The notes under the pieces were generated by a model. The model had not been told where the DNA came from. It did no database searches and worked only from the letters and a program-made list of their open reading frames with translations. Below, one piece after another: positions 49,211 to 58,683 of a stretch of 64,000 bases of DNA. The translations under genes were made by a program, and so were the position numbers. The DNA lies in NCBI GenBank assembly GCA_016213135.1, contig JACRBQ010000079.1, forward strand, positions 139 through 64,138, in the 5' to 3' direction. The DNA comes from Chloroflexota bacterium. Its GTDB lineage: Bacteria; Chloroflexota; Anaerolineae; Anaerolineales; VGOW01. Each line of letters starts with the position of its first letter. Position 1 is the first letter of the stretch.

Positions 49211-49597
49211 ATGCCATCACTGATTCGAGTTCGCATGTCGGCGCACGACGCGCACTATGGCGGCAATCTGGTGGACGGGGCGCGCGTGCTGCAACTTTTC
49301 GGCGACGTAGGCACCGAGATTTGCATCCGCAACGACGGAGACGAGGGGTTGTTCCGCGCTTACCGCGATATTGAGTTCTTGGCCCCGGTGTACGCCGGTG
49401 ACTATCTCGAAGTTCGCGGCGAACTGACGCGCGTGGGACGCACGTCGCGCGACATTCTACTGACCGCGCACAAAGTCATCGCCGCCGAATACGAGAAGGG
49501 CGACTCCTGCGCCCGCGTTCTCGACGAGCCGGTGCTGGTGTGTAAGGCGACGGGGATATGCGTGGTGACGGCGGACAGGCAAAAGCGCTCAGGTTAG
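49211..49597 (+). CDS. kal: 3-aminobutyryl-CoA ammonia-lyase (hot-dog fold, Kal-like)
   Basis: [49 protein letters not shown]; GGAGG RBS. Confidence 0.85.
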   Translation: MPSLIRVRMSAHDAHYGGNLVDGARVLQLFGDVGTEICIRNDGDEGLFRAYRDIEFLAPVYAGDYLEVRGELTRVGRTSRDILLTAHKVIAAEYEKGDSCARVLDEPVLVCKATGICVVTADRQKRSG

Positions 49598-50493
49598 TTC
49601 AGCTTTTGCAACTGCGGCTGAAAGCCCAACTTGTCCAGCAACTCATTCAATTCGTCGAGTGTCAGCTTTCGCCCCTTGCCCGAAATGGCGACGAGGGCGG
49701 CTTCGATCATGTTCGTTCCAAAGGAGCGGTCTTCCATCACCGGCGTGGTCGTCACCAAGTGGCGCACTCCGGCGGCGCGGAAGATTTGCACGTCTTCCAG
49801 CGTGGTGGTGTTGGTGCAGATCGTTTTGCCGTCCAAACGCGCGGGCATGAAGCGTTTGATGAAGTGACAGTCCCCGGCGATCACCGTTCCCCACTCGTAC
49901 CATTTGCCAAATTTGGGCGTGTTCTTTTCCTGCTTCTCGCCGGTGGGGTAAAGCATTTCAAACGGCATGCGCCCCACCACCGGCATAAGGATCGCCGCCA
50001 GCCGCTTGAGGGCGGTTTCGGAGCGGATCGGAATCGGAATGTCGAGGGCAAACATCAGATCGCCAAATACACATTCGTACTTAGCGTCTAAGAACGATTT
50101 GGTCATGCCCCAGCGATCCACGCCGGCCGTGAACAGCACGCGTTTGGGTTGAATCTCCGCGCCGATGCTATTTTCGATGAAGGCCGCGACGCGGCGCTCC
50201 AGCGTGTTCTTCACGCCCGTGCCATCCACCAGCGGCGTTTGTTTCACGAAGCGCACCATCGGCTGCACTGAAAAAAACGGATACCATTTGGTATCGGCCA
50301 TCACGCCCAGGTCGGCGCCCCCCACGCCAAAGGCATCCACTTTGCCGTCCAACTCCTTATACATTTGGGCAGCCCTTTCCATATCGCCATCGGCGCCAAT
50401 ACGCTCGATGCGGATGGGCTGGCCGAGCAGGGTGGTTTCGATGGTCTTGTCGCGTTTGGACGATCCGAGGCTGATGCTGACAGCGCGTTTCAT
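49594..50493 (-). CDS. Conserved protein of the family often annotated 'quinate 5-dehydrogenase' (function unverified)
   Basis: [45 protein letters not shown]. Confidence 0.7.
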   Translation of the reverse strand: MKRAVSISLGSSKRDKTIETTLLGQPIRIERIGADGDMERAAQMYKELDGKVDAFGVGGADLGVMADTKWYPFFSVQPMVRFVKQTPLVDGTGVKNTLERRVAAFIENSIGAEIQPKRVLFTAGVDRWGMTKSFLDAKYECVFGDLMFALDIPIPIRSETALKRLAAILMPVVGRMPFEMLYPTGEKQEKNTPKFGKWYEWGTVIAGDCHFIKRFMPARLDGKTICTNTTTLEDVQIFRAAGVRHLVTTTPVMEDRSFGTNMIEAALVAISGKGRKLTLDELNELLDKLGFQPQLQKLN

Positions 50494-50993
50494 GGGGTGA
50501 TCCTTTCTCCCAGATAGATCACAGAGGCATAGAGGTGGAAGCCGCACGCTTCGGCAGCGCGGCGCGCGGCTCGCTGGTACAAGGGGATGCTGCACATCGG
50601 GATGCCGTCGGCCCGGTTGAGTTCGCTTTCAAATTCCGGCACGACCTCGCCGCAGGGTATCCAATAGAGGCCGTTGCAGCGGCCGCTCGGGGCTTCGGCG
50701 ACCAGCACGGCTTCGGGGCCGCGCAGGGGCAGGGCAAAGTCGGCCGTGGCTGCCCTGAGCCGGCTCGGCTCGAAGGCCTGCGCCGGGTTGCGTGTGCCCA
50801 CCGATTGCCGCAGCGCTTCGGCGATGGGCGGGGCGGCCGCGATAATACAAGTCTTGTCGAGCAGGCACACCACGGCGCCGGTGCGCGCGGGGTCGGAGAT
50901 GAAGTGGTTGGTTTGGGAATGGAGGTCGCCCGGTTGGCAGCGCAAGAATGCGGCCCAGTGCGCATCGAGTCGGACAAGAAAGTCGGGCGACAT
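50490..50993 (-). CDS. Hypothetical protein (possible degenerate GNAT)
   Basis: ATGA coupling to the downstream gene; C-terminal ARRAAEACGF; promoter upstream. Confidence 0.6.
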   Translation of the reverse strand: MSPDFLVRLDAHWAAFLRCQPGDLHSQTNHFISDPARTGAVVCLLDKTCIIAAAPPIAEALRQSVGTRNPAQAFEPSRLRAATADFALPLRGPEAVLVAEAPSGRCNGLYWIPCGEVVPEFESELNRADGIPMCSIPLYQRAARRAAEACGFHLYASVIYLGERITP

Positions 50994-51001
50994 CGTGGGC
51001 C

Positions 51002-51029
51002 ACTTTACTACGCTTCCGGCGATTGTCAA
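51002..51029 (-). promoter_or_regulatory. Sigma70-type promoter
   Basis: TTGACA-N16-TAAAGT on the minus strand, 8 nt before ATG 50993. Confidence 0.55.
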
Positions 51030-52282
51030 TCAGCGCTTGCCGTCGCGGCAGGCGGAATGGGCTGCTGACTGTAACGCCAAAGCTGGGGCCACCGCCGCGC
51101 CACCCATAGCGTAACTGCGATGCAGGCCACGCCGCCGGATATGACGGAGAAGGGCGCGCCCAGCCAGGCGGCCACCAGCCCGGCTTCCATTTCGCCCAGT
51201 TGCGGCCCGCCCATAAAGAACATCATGTTTACCGACACCATGCGCCCGCGCAGGTGGTCGGGCGTGTGGAGCTGGCGCAGGGTGCTGCGGATGACCGTGC
51301 TGACGGTGTCGGCGGCGCCGGTGAGGGCCAGCGCCAAAAATGCCGCGACAAAGACGGTCGAGAATCCAAAGAGCACAGTGGCCGACCCATAGATGAGCAC
51401 GGCCATGATAAGCACCGGGCCTTGCTTGTTGATGGTGCGCACAAAGGTGAGGATGAAGGCGGCCACCAACGCGCCCACTGCCGCGGCGGCATACAGCCAG
51501 CCGTAGCCGGCCGGGCCGACGTGCAGAATGTCTTTGGCGTAAATGGGCAGCAGGGCGTTGGCCGAGGAGAAGAAGGTGGCTATGAAGTCCAGCAACATGG
51601 TGGACAGGATGATGGGTGTGCGCCGCACAAAGCGCAGGCCCTCCAGCGCGGCGCCAACGCTCACCGCCGGGCGATCGGCCCTGGCGATGGTAGGCCGCAC
51701 ATGCATAGCCAGCAAGGCGACGATGACGGCGAGGAACGAGGCGGCGTTGAACCAGTAGGCCCACTGCACGCCCGCCTGTGCGATGACGGTGCCGGCCAGG
51801 GCCGGGCCGGCGACGGATGCGGCTTGCATCATGGTGGAGTTGACGCTAAAGGCATTGGGCAGGTCTTCGCGAGGGACGAGGTTGGGGATGAGCGACTGCC
51901 GCGCCGGGAGGTCAAACGCGCCAAAGGCGGAGGAGAGGGCGGCAAGCAGATAGATGGGCCACACGGCTTTGGCGCCGCTCACGGCCAGCAGGCCCAGCAG
52001 CGCGGCGCATACGGCCATGCCCGTTTGGGTGAACATCATCAGCTTGCGGCGATCAAATCGATCGGCGGCGAGGCCGCTGACGAGCGACAAGCCCACTACG
52101 GGCACGATGCGCACCAACCCAACCAGGCCTAACGCCACCGGCTGGTGGGTGACGTCGTACACGTGCCATAGGATGGCGGCGGTTTGCATCATGGAACCGG
52201 AGGCCGAGATTAACTGGCCCAGCCAGAGGAGACGGAAGTCGCGGTGACGCAGGGCGGGAGGGAAGGAGGTGAAAAGGCGCAT
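51026..52282 (-). CDS. MFS transporter (EntS/DHA3-like)
   Basis: LRHRDFRLLW, GLAADRFDRR, PDHLRGR; about 12 TM helices. Confidence 0.9.
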   Translation of the reverse strand: MRLFTSFPPALRHRDFRLLWLGQLISASGSMMQTAAILWHVYDVTHQPVALGLVGLVRIVPVVGLSLVSGLAADRFDRRKLMMFTQTGMAVCAALLGLLAVSGAKAVWPIYLLAALSSAFGAFDLPARQSLIPNLVPREDLPNAFSVNSTMMQAASVAGPALAGTVIAQAGVQWAYWFNAASFLAVIVALLAMHVRPTIARADRPAVSVGAALEGLRFVRRTPIILSTMLLDFIATFFSSANALLPIYAKDILHVGPAGYGWLYAAAAVGALVAAFILTFVRTINKQGPVLIMAVLIYGSATVLFGFSTVFVAAFLALALTGAADTVSTVIRSTLRQLHTPDHLRGRMVSVNMMFFMGGPQLGEMEAGLVAAWLGAPFSVISGGVACIAVTLWVARRWPQLWRYSQQPIPPAATASAD

Positions 52283-52288
52283 AAATGG

Positions 52289-52346
52289 AAACGATGAATG
52301 ATGAACGCGGAACGATGAACGGGGTTTTCGTTCATCATTCATCGTT
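52289..52346. repeat. Inverted heptamer arrays (GATGAAN)n / (TTCATCN)n
   Basis: aacgatgaatgatgaacgcggaacgatgaacg ... cgttcatcattcatcgtt. Confidence 0.8.
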
Positions 52347-52349
52347 TGC

Positions 52350-53183
52350 CTAGCTTCCCCAATCGCGCAGGTAGAGGAAGTCGTACCCGACGGTGCGATT
52401 GCTGAGTTTGGCGATGAGGGGCGGCATGCGCTTGAACTGGTTGCGGCGGATGGTGGCAATGACGCGATCGACGAAGGCGGGGGCAAAGCCGGCGGCCACG
52501 ACCTCGTCGCGGCTGTAGCGCTGGTCTACCAGCAAATACAGTAGTTGATCCACTTCGGCATAGGTGTAGCCCAACTCGCCTTCATCCGTCTGGCCGATCC
52601 AGAGATCGGCGGTGGGGGGTTTGTCGATGACCGGCTGCGGCACGCCGATGGCGGCGGACAATTGCCGCACCTGCGTTTTGTACAGGTCGCCCAGCGGGTT
52701 GAGGGCCGAGGCGGCGTCGCCAAAGATAGTGCTGTAGCCCAGCAGGATTTCGGTTTTGTTGCCGGTGCCGACCACCAACCCGCCCCACGCAGCCGATTGA
52801 TCGTACAGCACGATCATGCGGGCGCGGGCCATGGCGTTGCCCCGCCGTTTGGTGTCGGCCTCGGGCACGTGCTCGAATAGCGGGTCCACCATCGAGGTGA
52901 TCTCGATGACTTTATCCGGCACGTGATACTGGTCGATGACGAGTTGCGCGTCGGCCATGCTCTGCGGCGACGAGGTTTTGTAGGGCATGCGAACGGCCAG
53001 CACGTTTTGCGGGCCGAGGGCTTCGGCGGCCAGCGCGCAACTCAGCGCCGAGTCGATGCCGCCCGAGAGGCCGATGACTGCCCGCGACAGGCCGGTGCGG
53101 GTCGCTTCCTCGCGGAGGAACGAGACGAGGATTTTGCGGGCCAGACCAGTGTTGATACGAAGGCGATCTGTAAGGTTGTTCAT
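52350..53183 (-). CDS. nadE: NAD+ synthetase, synthetase subunit
   Basis: [37 protein letters not shown]. Confidence 0.95.
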   Translation of the reverse strand: MNNLTDRLRINTGLARKILVSFLREEATRTGLSRAVIGLSGGIDSALSCALAAEALGPQNVLAVRMPYKTSSPQSMADAQLVIDQYHVPDKVIEITSMVDPLFEHVPEADTKRRGNAMARARMIVLYDQSAAWGGLVVGTGNKTEILLGYSTIFGDAASALNPLGDLYKTQVRQLSAAIGVPQPVIDKPPTADLWIGQTDEGELGYTYAEVDQLLYLLVDQRYSRDEVVAAGFAPAFVDRVIATIRRNQFKRMPPLIAKLSNRTVGYDFLYLRDWGS

Positions 53184-53188
53184 TTTTC

Positions 53189-53238
53189 TAACCGCAAAGA
53201 CGCAACCCCCTGAAGGGGGTCGCGCCTTCGCGGTGAAT
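53189..53238. repeat. Nonamer inverted element with nested CCCCCTGAAGGGGG hairpin
   Basis: taaccgcaaagacgcaa-ccccctgaaggggg-tcgcgccttcgcggtgaa. Confidence 0.75.
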
Positions 53239-54092
53239 CAATCTCCGTTGACTATGCGAGTTAATTCTCGCATGACAAGCGCAGTGCGCTCGTCGCGCAA
53301 AATGGGCAGGCGGGCGCGGGTGCGGTGCAGTTGGTTGAGGTCCAGCGCCGCCAGGGTGAGGGCTTCGTCGAAGTACGGGCCATGGGCCACCGGCTCGCCG
53401 TCGGGGTCGAACACGATGGAGCCGCCCCAGAAGTTCAGCCCGTCTTCGAATCCGGCGCGGTTGGTGTGGGCCACGAAGTTGGTGAACAGGCTGGCGTAGG
53501 CCCGGCCCACATGCTCCACCCAGCGGGCCGAACCAAGCTGCTCGCCGTCGTCGAGGCCGCGCCCCGGGCTGGCCGATTGCATGAGCAAAATATCCGCGCC
53601 GTCGAGCCACAGCAAATAGGGCGGGCTGGCGTGCCAGAAGTCTTCGCAGATGAGCATGCCCACGCGGCCCCACGGCGTGTCAAAGGCGCGAATGGAATCG
53701 CCCCAGGCAAAGAAGCGGCCCTCGTCGAACATGCCGTAGGTGGGCAGATATACTTTGTGGTGCACGTGCAGCACCTGTCCCTTGGAAAGGTAGGCGGCGG
53801 CGATGTAAAAGCGGTGGCGCGAGTCTTCGTCCACAAAGCCCACCATCACGTCGAGTTTCCGGCTGGCCTCGAGCAATTGGGCAAACACCGGGTCGTCGGC
53901 AGTGGGGCGGTGGGCCACGGTGGGGGCGAGGTCTTGCAGCACGTAGCCGGTGAGCGACAGTTCGGGGAAGCACAGCAGTTGCGCGCCCTGCGCCGCGGCC
54001 TGATCAATGTAGGCCAGATGCTTGTCGAGGTTGGCTTGCACGTCGCCGAGTTTGGTTTTGATTTGCGCGAGGCCGAGAGTGAGAAGAGTCAT
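53238..54092 (-). CDS. Nitrilase-family amidohydrolase, probable glutaminase subunit of NAD synthetase
   Basis: FPELSLTGY, HKVYLPTYGMFDEGRFF, ICED (E-K-C triad); directly upstream of nadE. Confidence 0.88.
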   Translation of the reverse strand: MTLLTLGLAQIKTKLGDVQANLDKHLAYIDQAAAQGAQLLCFPELSLTGYVLQDLAPTVAHRPTADDPVFAQLLEASRKLDVMVGFVDEDSRHRFYIAAAYLSKGQVLHVHHKVYLPTYGMFDEGRFFAWGDSIRAFDTPWGRVGMLICEDFWHASPPYLLWLDGADILLMQSASPGRGLDDGEQLGSARWVEHVGRAYASLFTNFVAHTNRAGFEDGLNFWGGSIVFDPDGEPVAHGPYFDEALTLAALDLNQLHRTRARLPILRDERTALVMRELTRIVNGD

Positions 54093-54095
54093 AGT

Positions 54096-54166
54096 AAGGA
54101 TGAAGGATGAAGGGTGAAGGATGAAAGCGGTTTATCTTCCGCCTTCATAATTCAGCCTTCAGCCTT
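54096..54166. repeat. Inverted heptamer arrays (GATGAAG)n / (CTTCAGC)n
   Basis: aaggatgaaggatgaagggtgaaggatgaa ... ccttcataattcagccttcagcctt. Confidence 0.8.
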
Positions 54167-54922
54167 CTTTTCTTGCTCCATTGCCCACAGGGCCACCAGC
54201 GCCACTACGCCCAGCAGGGCCATCACCGCGTCGGTCACGGTGTCCAGCCGCAAGCCCAGCATCGGCGGTATGTCGTCGCCGCGCACAAAGCTCACCGCCA
54301 GCGACACCACGGCAATGAGCGCCGCCGCCGCGGCAAAGCGAAACCCGCACGGCCATTGGCGATCTCTCTGCGAAAACAAATACCCGAACGCAATTGCGCT
54401 CAGGCCCAGCCCGATGATCTGCGTGGGCCAGCGCGGCAGCACCACGCCGTACAGGTCGGGCCAGTTCACGGCAAACGGCAGTGTGCCCGGCGGCACGGCG
54501 GCCCCGGCGGCGCACCCGGCGGCGGCGCACCCGCCCCAGCCCAGCGCGGCCAGCGCCAACGCGGGCAGGGCCAATTCGTCCAGCATCAGCAGGGCGGGTT
54601 CACGTTTGGGAATGGCATACGTCAGCAACCCGGTTGCGCCGCCGAGCAATGCGCCCGGCCAGGCGTAGCCGCCATCCCACAACCGCAAAATCTCGGCCAT
54701 ATGGCTCTGAAAATACACCCAGTTGCCCAGCGCAAACGCCAGCCGCCCGCCGATGAACGCGCCCGCCGCGGCGCACAACCCGGCATCCAGCCAGCGGCCC
54801 GGCTCGCGCCCGTGCGCCGGAGCGCGCCGCCAAAGCCAGATTAGCGCGGCGACCATCCCTGCATCAATGAGAAGGGTGTACGTATGAATGGTGAGCGGCC
54901 CAATCGCCAGCGTAGGGAGCAT
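54152..54922 (-). CDS. Lgt-like membrane protein (divergent prolipoprotein diacylglyceryl transferase family)
   Basis: P.L.IGPLTIHTY, GGRLAF, LWDGG, LDELA, WPTQ. Confidence 0.7.
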   Translation of the reverse strand: MLPTLAIGPLTIHTYTLLIDAGMVAALIWLWRRAPAHGREPGRWLDAGLCAAAGAFIGGRLAFALGNWVYFQSHMAEILRLWDGGYAWPGALLGGATGLLTYAIPKREPALLMLDELALPALALAALGWGGCAAAGCAAGAAVPPGTLPFAVNWPDLYGVVLPRWPTQIIGLGLSAIAFGYLFSQRDRQWPCGFRFAAAAALIAVVSLAVSFVRGDDIPPMLGLRLDTVTDAVMALLGVVALVALWAMEQEKKAEG

Positions 54923-54929
54923 GGCCGTA

Positions 54930-54942
54930 ATCATACTATAAT
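54930..54942. promoter_or_regulatory. Back-to-back divergent -10 boxes
   Basis: TATGAT on minus (54930-35) and TATAAT on plus (54937-42) within a 31-bp intergenic gap. Confidence 0.55.
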
Positions 54943-54953
54943 CATCGCGGGTT

Positions 54954-55562
54954 ATGAACAAAGTCCATCGCCATCTGCTTGTCCTCCTGCCCGCGCTGCT
55001 CGCCGCGTGCCTCCCCGGCCCGGCGCCGGCCACCGGCGGAGCGCCCACGCCGCCGCCCGTCACGGCTGCTGTGAGTCAACCGGCCACGCCGCTCCCCGGC
55101 GGAACGGTGATGCCCACCGATACCGCGCTCATCGAACTGGCCCCGCCCACAGCCACCTTTGGCTCGGCGGCGTCACCGCAGGGGCAGGGCACGGCTGCGG
55201 CCAGCCCCGCCGGCACGCCTACCAGCACCCCGCTTCCCGGCGGGCCGATGGTGTTTGGCAAGGTGCAATTCATCTCCGCCGTGCGCGATCCTACTCGCGC
55301 TCCCAATGGCTCCATCGCCACCCTGACGGTGGAGTTTTCCGGCAGCCGCCCGCCCTACGAAGTGCGGCACGATGGCGTGGTGGTCTTGGCCGCCTCCAAC
55401 GGCGATGGTACGTTTGAACGGGATGGGCTGATATATACTTTCATCCACTTCAACATCAACAAAGCGTGCGGCGGCAACATCGTCGGAACCGTGAGCGTCA
55501 CCGGCGGCGACAACCAAACCGTGACCCACGACTACTACATTGCCGACGCGCCCTGCACGTAA
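54954..55562 (+). CDS. Putative lipoprotein with Pro/Thr-rich linker
   Basis: Lipobox LLAAC; beta-rich C-terminal domain with two Cys. Confidence 0.75.
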   Translation: MNKVHRHLLVLLPALLAACLPGPAPATGGAPTPPPVTAAVSQPATPLPGGTVMPTDTALIELAPPTATFGSAASPQGQGTAAASPAGTPTSTPLPGGPMVFGKVQFISAVRDPTRAPNGSIATLTVEFSGSRPPYEVRHDGVVVLAASNGDGTFERDGLIYTFIHFNINKACGGNIVGTVSVTGGDNQTVTHDYYIADAPCT

Positions 55563-55576
55563 AGCCAACCTGCCCT

Positions 55577-57118
55577 ATGCGAATTGACCGTCGACTCACC
55601 AGCGGCCCCCCACCCGTGCGCCCGCGTCGCCCCCCGGTCCGTTTGCCGCTCGGCGGCTTTGGCCTGTGGCTTGCCCTCTCGGGCGCAAGCCTCGCCGCCG
55701 CCCTGTTGGTGCTGACGCTGCACGTTGTGTTGTTTGCCACGGGCCGCGCCGGCCTGCCTCGCGGGCTGGTGGTGGCCGGCGTGCCCGTGGGCGGCCTCAG
55801 CCGCGCCGAGGCCGAGCGCCGGTTGGATCGCGCTTATGGCTCGCCGGTAACCCTCGACTACGGCGGCAGCCCCATTCAACTCGACCCGGCACAGCTCAAT
55901 TTTTATTTGGATAAAGACGGCATGATGGCGGCGGTGACCGACTCGCCGTCCACCGGATCGGCGCTGGCCGCCTTTTGGGATTATCTGTGGGGGCGCGTGC
56001 CACTGCCCCCGGCCCCGGTGCCATTGCAGGCCAATTACGACCAATCGCGGCTGGACGCTTTTGTGGCCGATGTGGCGGCCCGCTACGACGACCCCGGCAC
56101 GCCCGCCCGCGCCGACCCCGACACCCTCAGCTTCATCCCCGGCTCCGCCGGATACAAATTGAATCGGGACGCGGCTTACGCGCAGATCAACACCGCCCTG
56201 CGCTCGCCCACGCAGCGATCGGTGACGCTCACCATCAACCACTTCGAGCAAGCGCCGCCCACCTACGACACACTGGCCGACCTCCTGCGGACCGACGTGC
56301 AGTTGTTCCAGTTCGGCGGCACGGTCAGCATTTTCGTAGCCGACCTGCGCAGCGGCGATACGATCAATATGGCGCTGCGCGACGGCCGGCCCGTGGACGT
56401 GGGGCAGGGCATTTCGTATTCGGGCATGAGCACCATCAAAATCCCGGTGATGGTCACCTTCTTCCGCTATCAGGATGGCCCGCCCACGCCCGACGAGCAA
56501 CTGCTGCTCGACGGCATCTTTGGCGAGTCGGCCAACGCCTACACCGATCTGCTGTTAGGCATTATGGGGCAGGGCAGCGGACTTATCGGCACGAACCTCG
56601 TCAGCGACACCATGGCCGAACTGGGGTTGCCCAACACTTACCTGGCCGGGCTGCTCGACACGCTGGGAGCCATCACCACCCCGCGCAACACCCCCGGCAA
56701 CACCCGCGCCGACATTGACCTCAGCCCCGACCGCTACAACCAGACTGCCGCGCCCGACATGGGCAAGCTGCTGGTGATGATCTACGATTGCTCGCAAGGC
56801 GGCGGCAAGCTCATGGAAACCCTCCCCGGCCAATTCACCGCCGAGGAATGCCAGAAGATGATTGACCTGCTGAAAGAAAACGCCGTGGGGCCGATCTTCA
56901 TCGCCGGCGGCTCGCCGGGGGCGGTGGTGGCTCACAAGCACGGCTGGGATTTGCTGCCGCTGAACAACGTGGGCGATGCCGCGCTGGTATTCTCGCAGGG
57001 CGGCGACTACGCCATGACGGTGTACATCCACCGCGACGACCCCGTTCCCTTCGACGAGGCCAACCGGCTCATCATCTCACTGGCGACGGGGGTGTTTAAC
57101 TACTACAATAGGAAGTGA
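55577..57118 (+). CDS. Membrane-anchored serine hydrolase (class A beta-lactamase-like/PBP) with a PG-binding_4-like domain
   Basis: STIK (SxxK), SAN (SxN), HKHG; N-terminal TM; VAGVPVGGLS. Confidence 0.82.
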   Translation: MRIDRRLTSGPPPVRPRRPPVRLPLGGFGLWLALSGASLAAALLVLTLHVVLFATGRAGLPRGLVVAGVPVGGLSRAEAERRLDRAYGSPVTLDYGGSPIQLDPAQLNFYLDKDGMMAAVTDSPSTGSALAAFWDYLWGRVPLPPAPVPLQANYDQSRLDAFVADVAARYDDPGTPARADPDTLSFIPGSAGYKLNRDAAYAQINTALRSPTQRSVTLTINHFEQAPPTYDTLADLLRTDVQLFQFGGTVSIFVADLRSGDTINMALRDGRPVDVGQGISYSGMSTIKIPVMVTFFRYQDGPPTPDEQLLLDGIFGESANAYTDLLLGIMGQGSGLIGTNLVSDTMAELGLPNTYLAGLLDTLGAITTPRNTPGNTRADIDLSPDRYNQTAAPDMGKLLVMIYDCSQGGGKLMETLPGQFTAEECQKMIDLLKENAVGPIFIAGGSPGAVVAHKHGWDLLPLNNVGDAALVFSQGGDYAMTVYIHRDDPVPFDEANRLIISLATGVFNYYNRK

Positions 57119-58065
57119 TGAAAACAACCATTCTCGAACATCGCCCTCATCTACCCAAACCCTTCTACAAACAGAAGTTTGGCGCTGCTTACCTTGGCGA
57201 TAGCCTTGCGCTTATGCAAAAGCTCAAAGCAGACTCGATAAATCTGATCCTGACATCCCCGCCCTTCGCTCTTACACGTAAGAAGGAGTATGGGAATGCG
57301 AGCGAGGATGAATATGTTGAATGGTTCTTGCCATTTGCTAGAGAGTTCCGAAGATTGTTGAAAGCCGACGGTTCATTAGTTATTGACCTGGGGGGAGCTT
57401 ATCTGCCGGGTGTGCCTGTTCGCAGCATATACCAATTTGAATTGCTGGTCAGATTGTGCAAGGAACTCGACTTCTTCCTCGCGCAGGAGTTTTATCATTA
57501 CAACCCCGCCCGCTTGCCTAGCCCCGCCGAATGGGTAACAGTACGGCGGATCCGCACTAAAGATGCAGTCAATGTTGTGTGGTGGTTATCTAAGACTGAA
57601 TTTCCTAAAGCAGACAATCGCAATGTTCTCGTAGAATACAGCGATAGCATGAAGAAGCTTCTGAAAAATGGCTATAAGCCGGCGCTTCGACCGAGTGGTC
57701 ATGATATCTCGAATAGATTTAGCAAAGATAATGACGGCGCAATACCGCCCAACCTCCTCTCTTTGGCCAATACGGAGTCTAACAGCGTTTATCTTCGACG
57801 ATGCAAAGAAGCTAATGTCAAACCACACCCTGCGCGCTTCCCGCCAGCCTTCGCTAAATTCTTCATAGAGTTTCTTACAGACAAGGACGATCTTGTACTG
57901 GATCCTTTTGCAGGCTCTAATACAACAGGATATATTGCTGAACGTCTCGGGCGGCAGTGGGTGGCCTTTGAGATTGAGAAGAGCTACCTAGAAGGCAGCC
58001 TCTACCGATTTGAAGCAGACGACGATCTATTCTCAATCTTGAGGGAAAATGACAAGGTTAAGTAA
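57118..58065 (+). CDS. DNA methyltransferase, beta class (probably N4-cytosine, M.PvuII-like)
   Basis: TSPPF before DPFAGS; HPARFP; visibly lower GC than its flanks. Confidence 0.9.
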   Translation: MKTTILEHRPHLPKPFYKQKFGAAYLGDSLALMQKLKADSINLILTSPPFALTRKKEYGNASEDEYVEWFLPFAREFRRLLKADGSLVIDLGGAYLPGVPVRSIYQFELLVRLCKELDFFLAQEFYHYNPARLPSPAEWVTVRRIRTKDAVNVVWWLSKTEFPKADNRNVLVEYSDSMKKLLKNGYKPALRPSGHDISNRFSKDNDGAIPPNLLSLANTESNSVYLRRCKEANVKPHPARFPPAFAKFFIEFLTDKDDLVLDPFAGSNTTGYIAERLGRQWVAFEIEKSYLEGSLYRFEADDDLFSILRENDKVK

Positions 58066-58615
58066 GCCCGATCTGCTACATACCGTTACGTCGGCTATTG
58101 CGGAATGCGGCTGGCATGTGTTGTTTATGGATAACCGGCATCCATTCCGGCTACAGGCTTATAGCGGAGATGCAAGCATACCGGTCCGGATATACATCTG
58201 GAATATCACGCACGGCGGAGGAAGGGCACGCCCTGCTCATGAGTATCGAATTCAAATCACTGGGGTCAGTCGGTTTGAGCCGGAACCCAACGGCAAAACA
58301 CTCATACTCGGGTGGTGGGACGAAGCCGGGGTGTTCGCCGGGTTCGACTTCAATAAGCATAGAGGAATGCTTGGGGCTTCGCCCTCTCTTCAAATTCATA
58401 AGGAATGCCTGCAACTGGTGACTTTCGACAAAACTTACGTGGTAGAAGTCAACGAAGAAGAAATGCGCCGTTTGGCCGATGCGGACCGCATTGGCGGGCT
58501 AGACAAATTTCGCAAGGGCCTCAGGCCGTTGATATTGCTGCCCCCTGCTATTGCCGACAGGCCGCACGTGGAATTCGTAACCTCCGCCAATCAAATTCGG
58601 GGCTGGCGGTTGTAA
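58049..58615 (+). pseudogene. Probable HNH restriction endonuclease with an in-frame deletion of its catalytic core
   Basis: N-domain (YIWNITHGG...EYRIQITG...SPSLQI) joined directly to LVTFD...RPH...AN..RG tail; no CxxC or HNH. Confidence 0.55.
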
Positions 58616-58683
58616 ATCGACATACGAGCGAAACCTTATCAGTTGCGCTTGGCTCGCAGTGCCTACACTATTGGCTAACCGTT

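Noticed and set aside
52350-54092. nadE and nitrilase as a broken gene
   Set aside because: Both ORFs are intact; two-subunit glutamine-dependent NAD synthetases are known.
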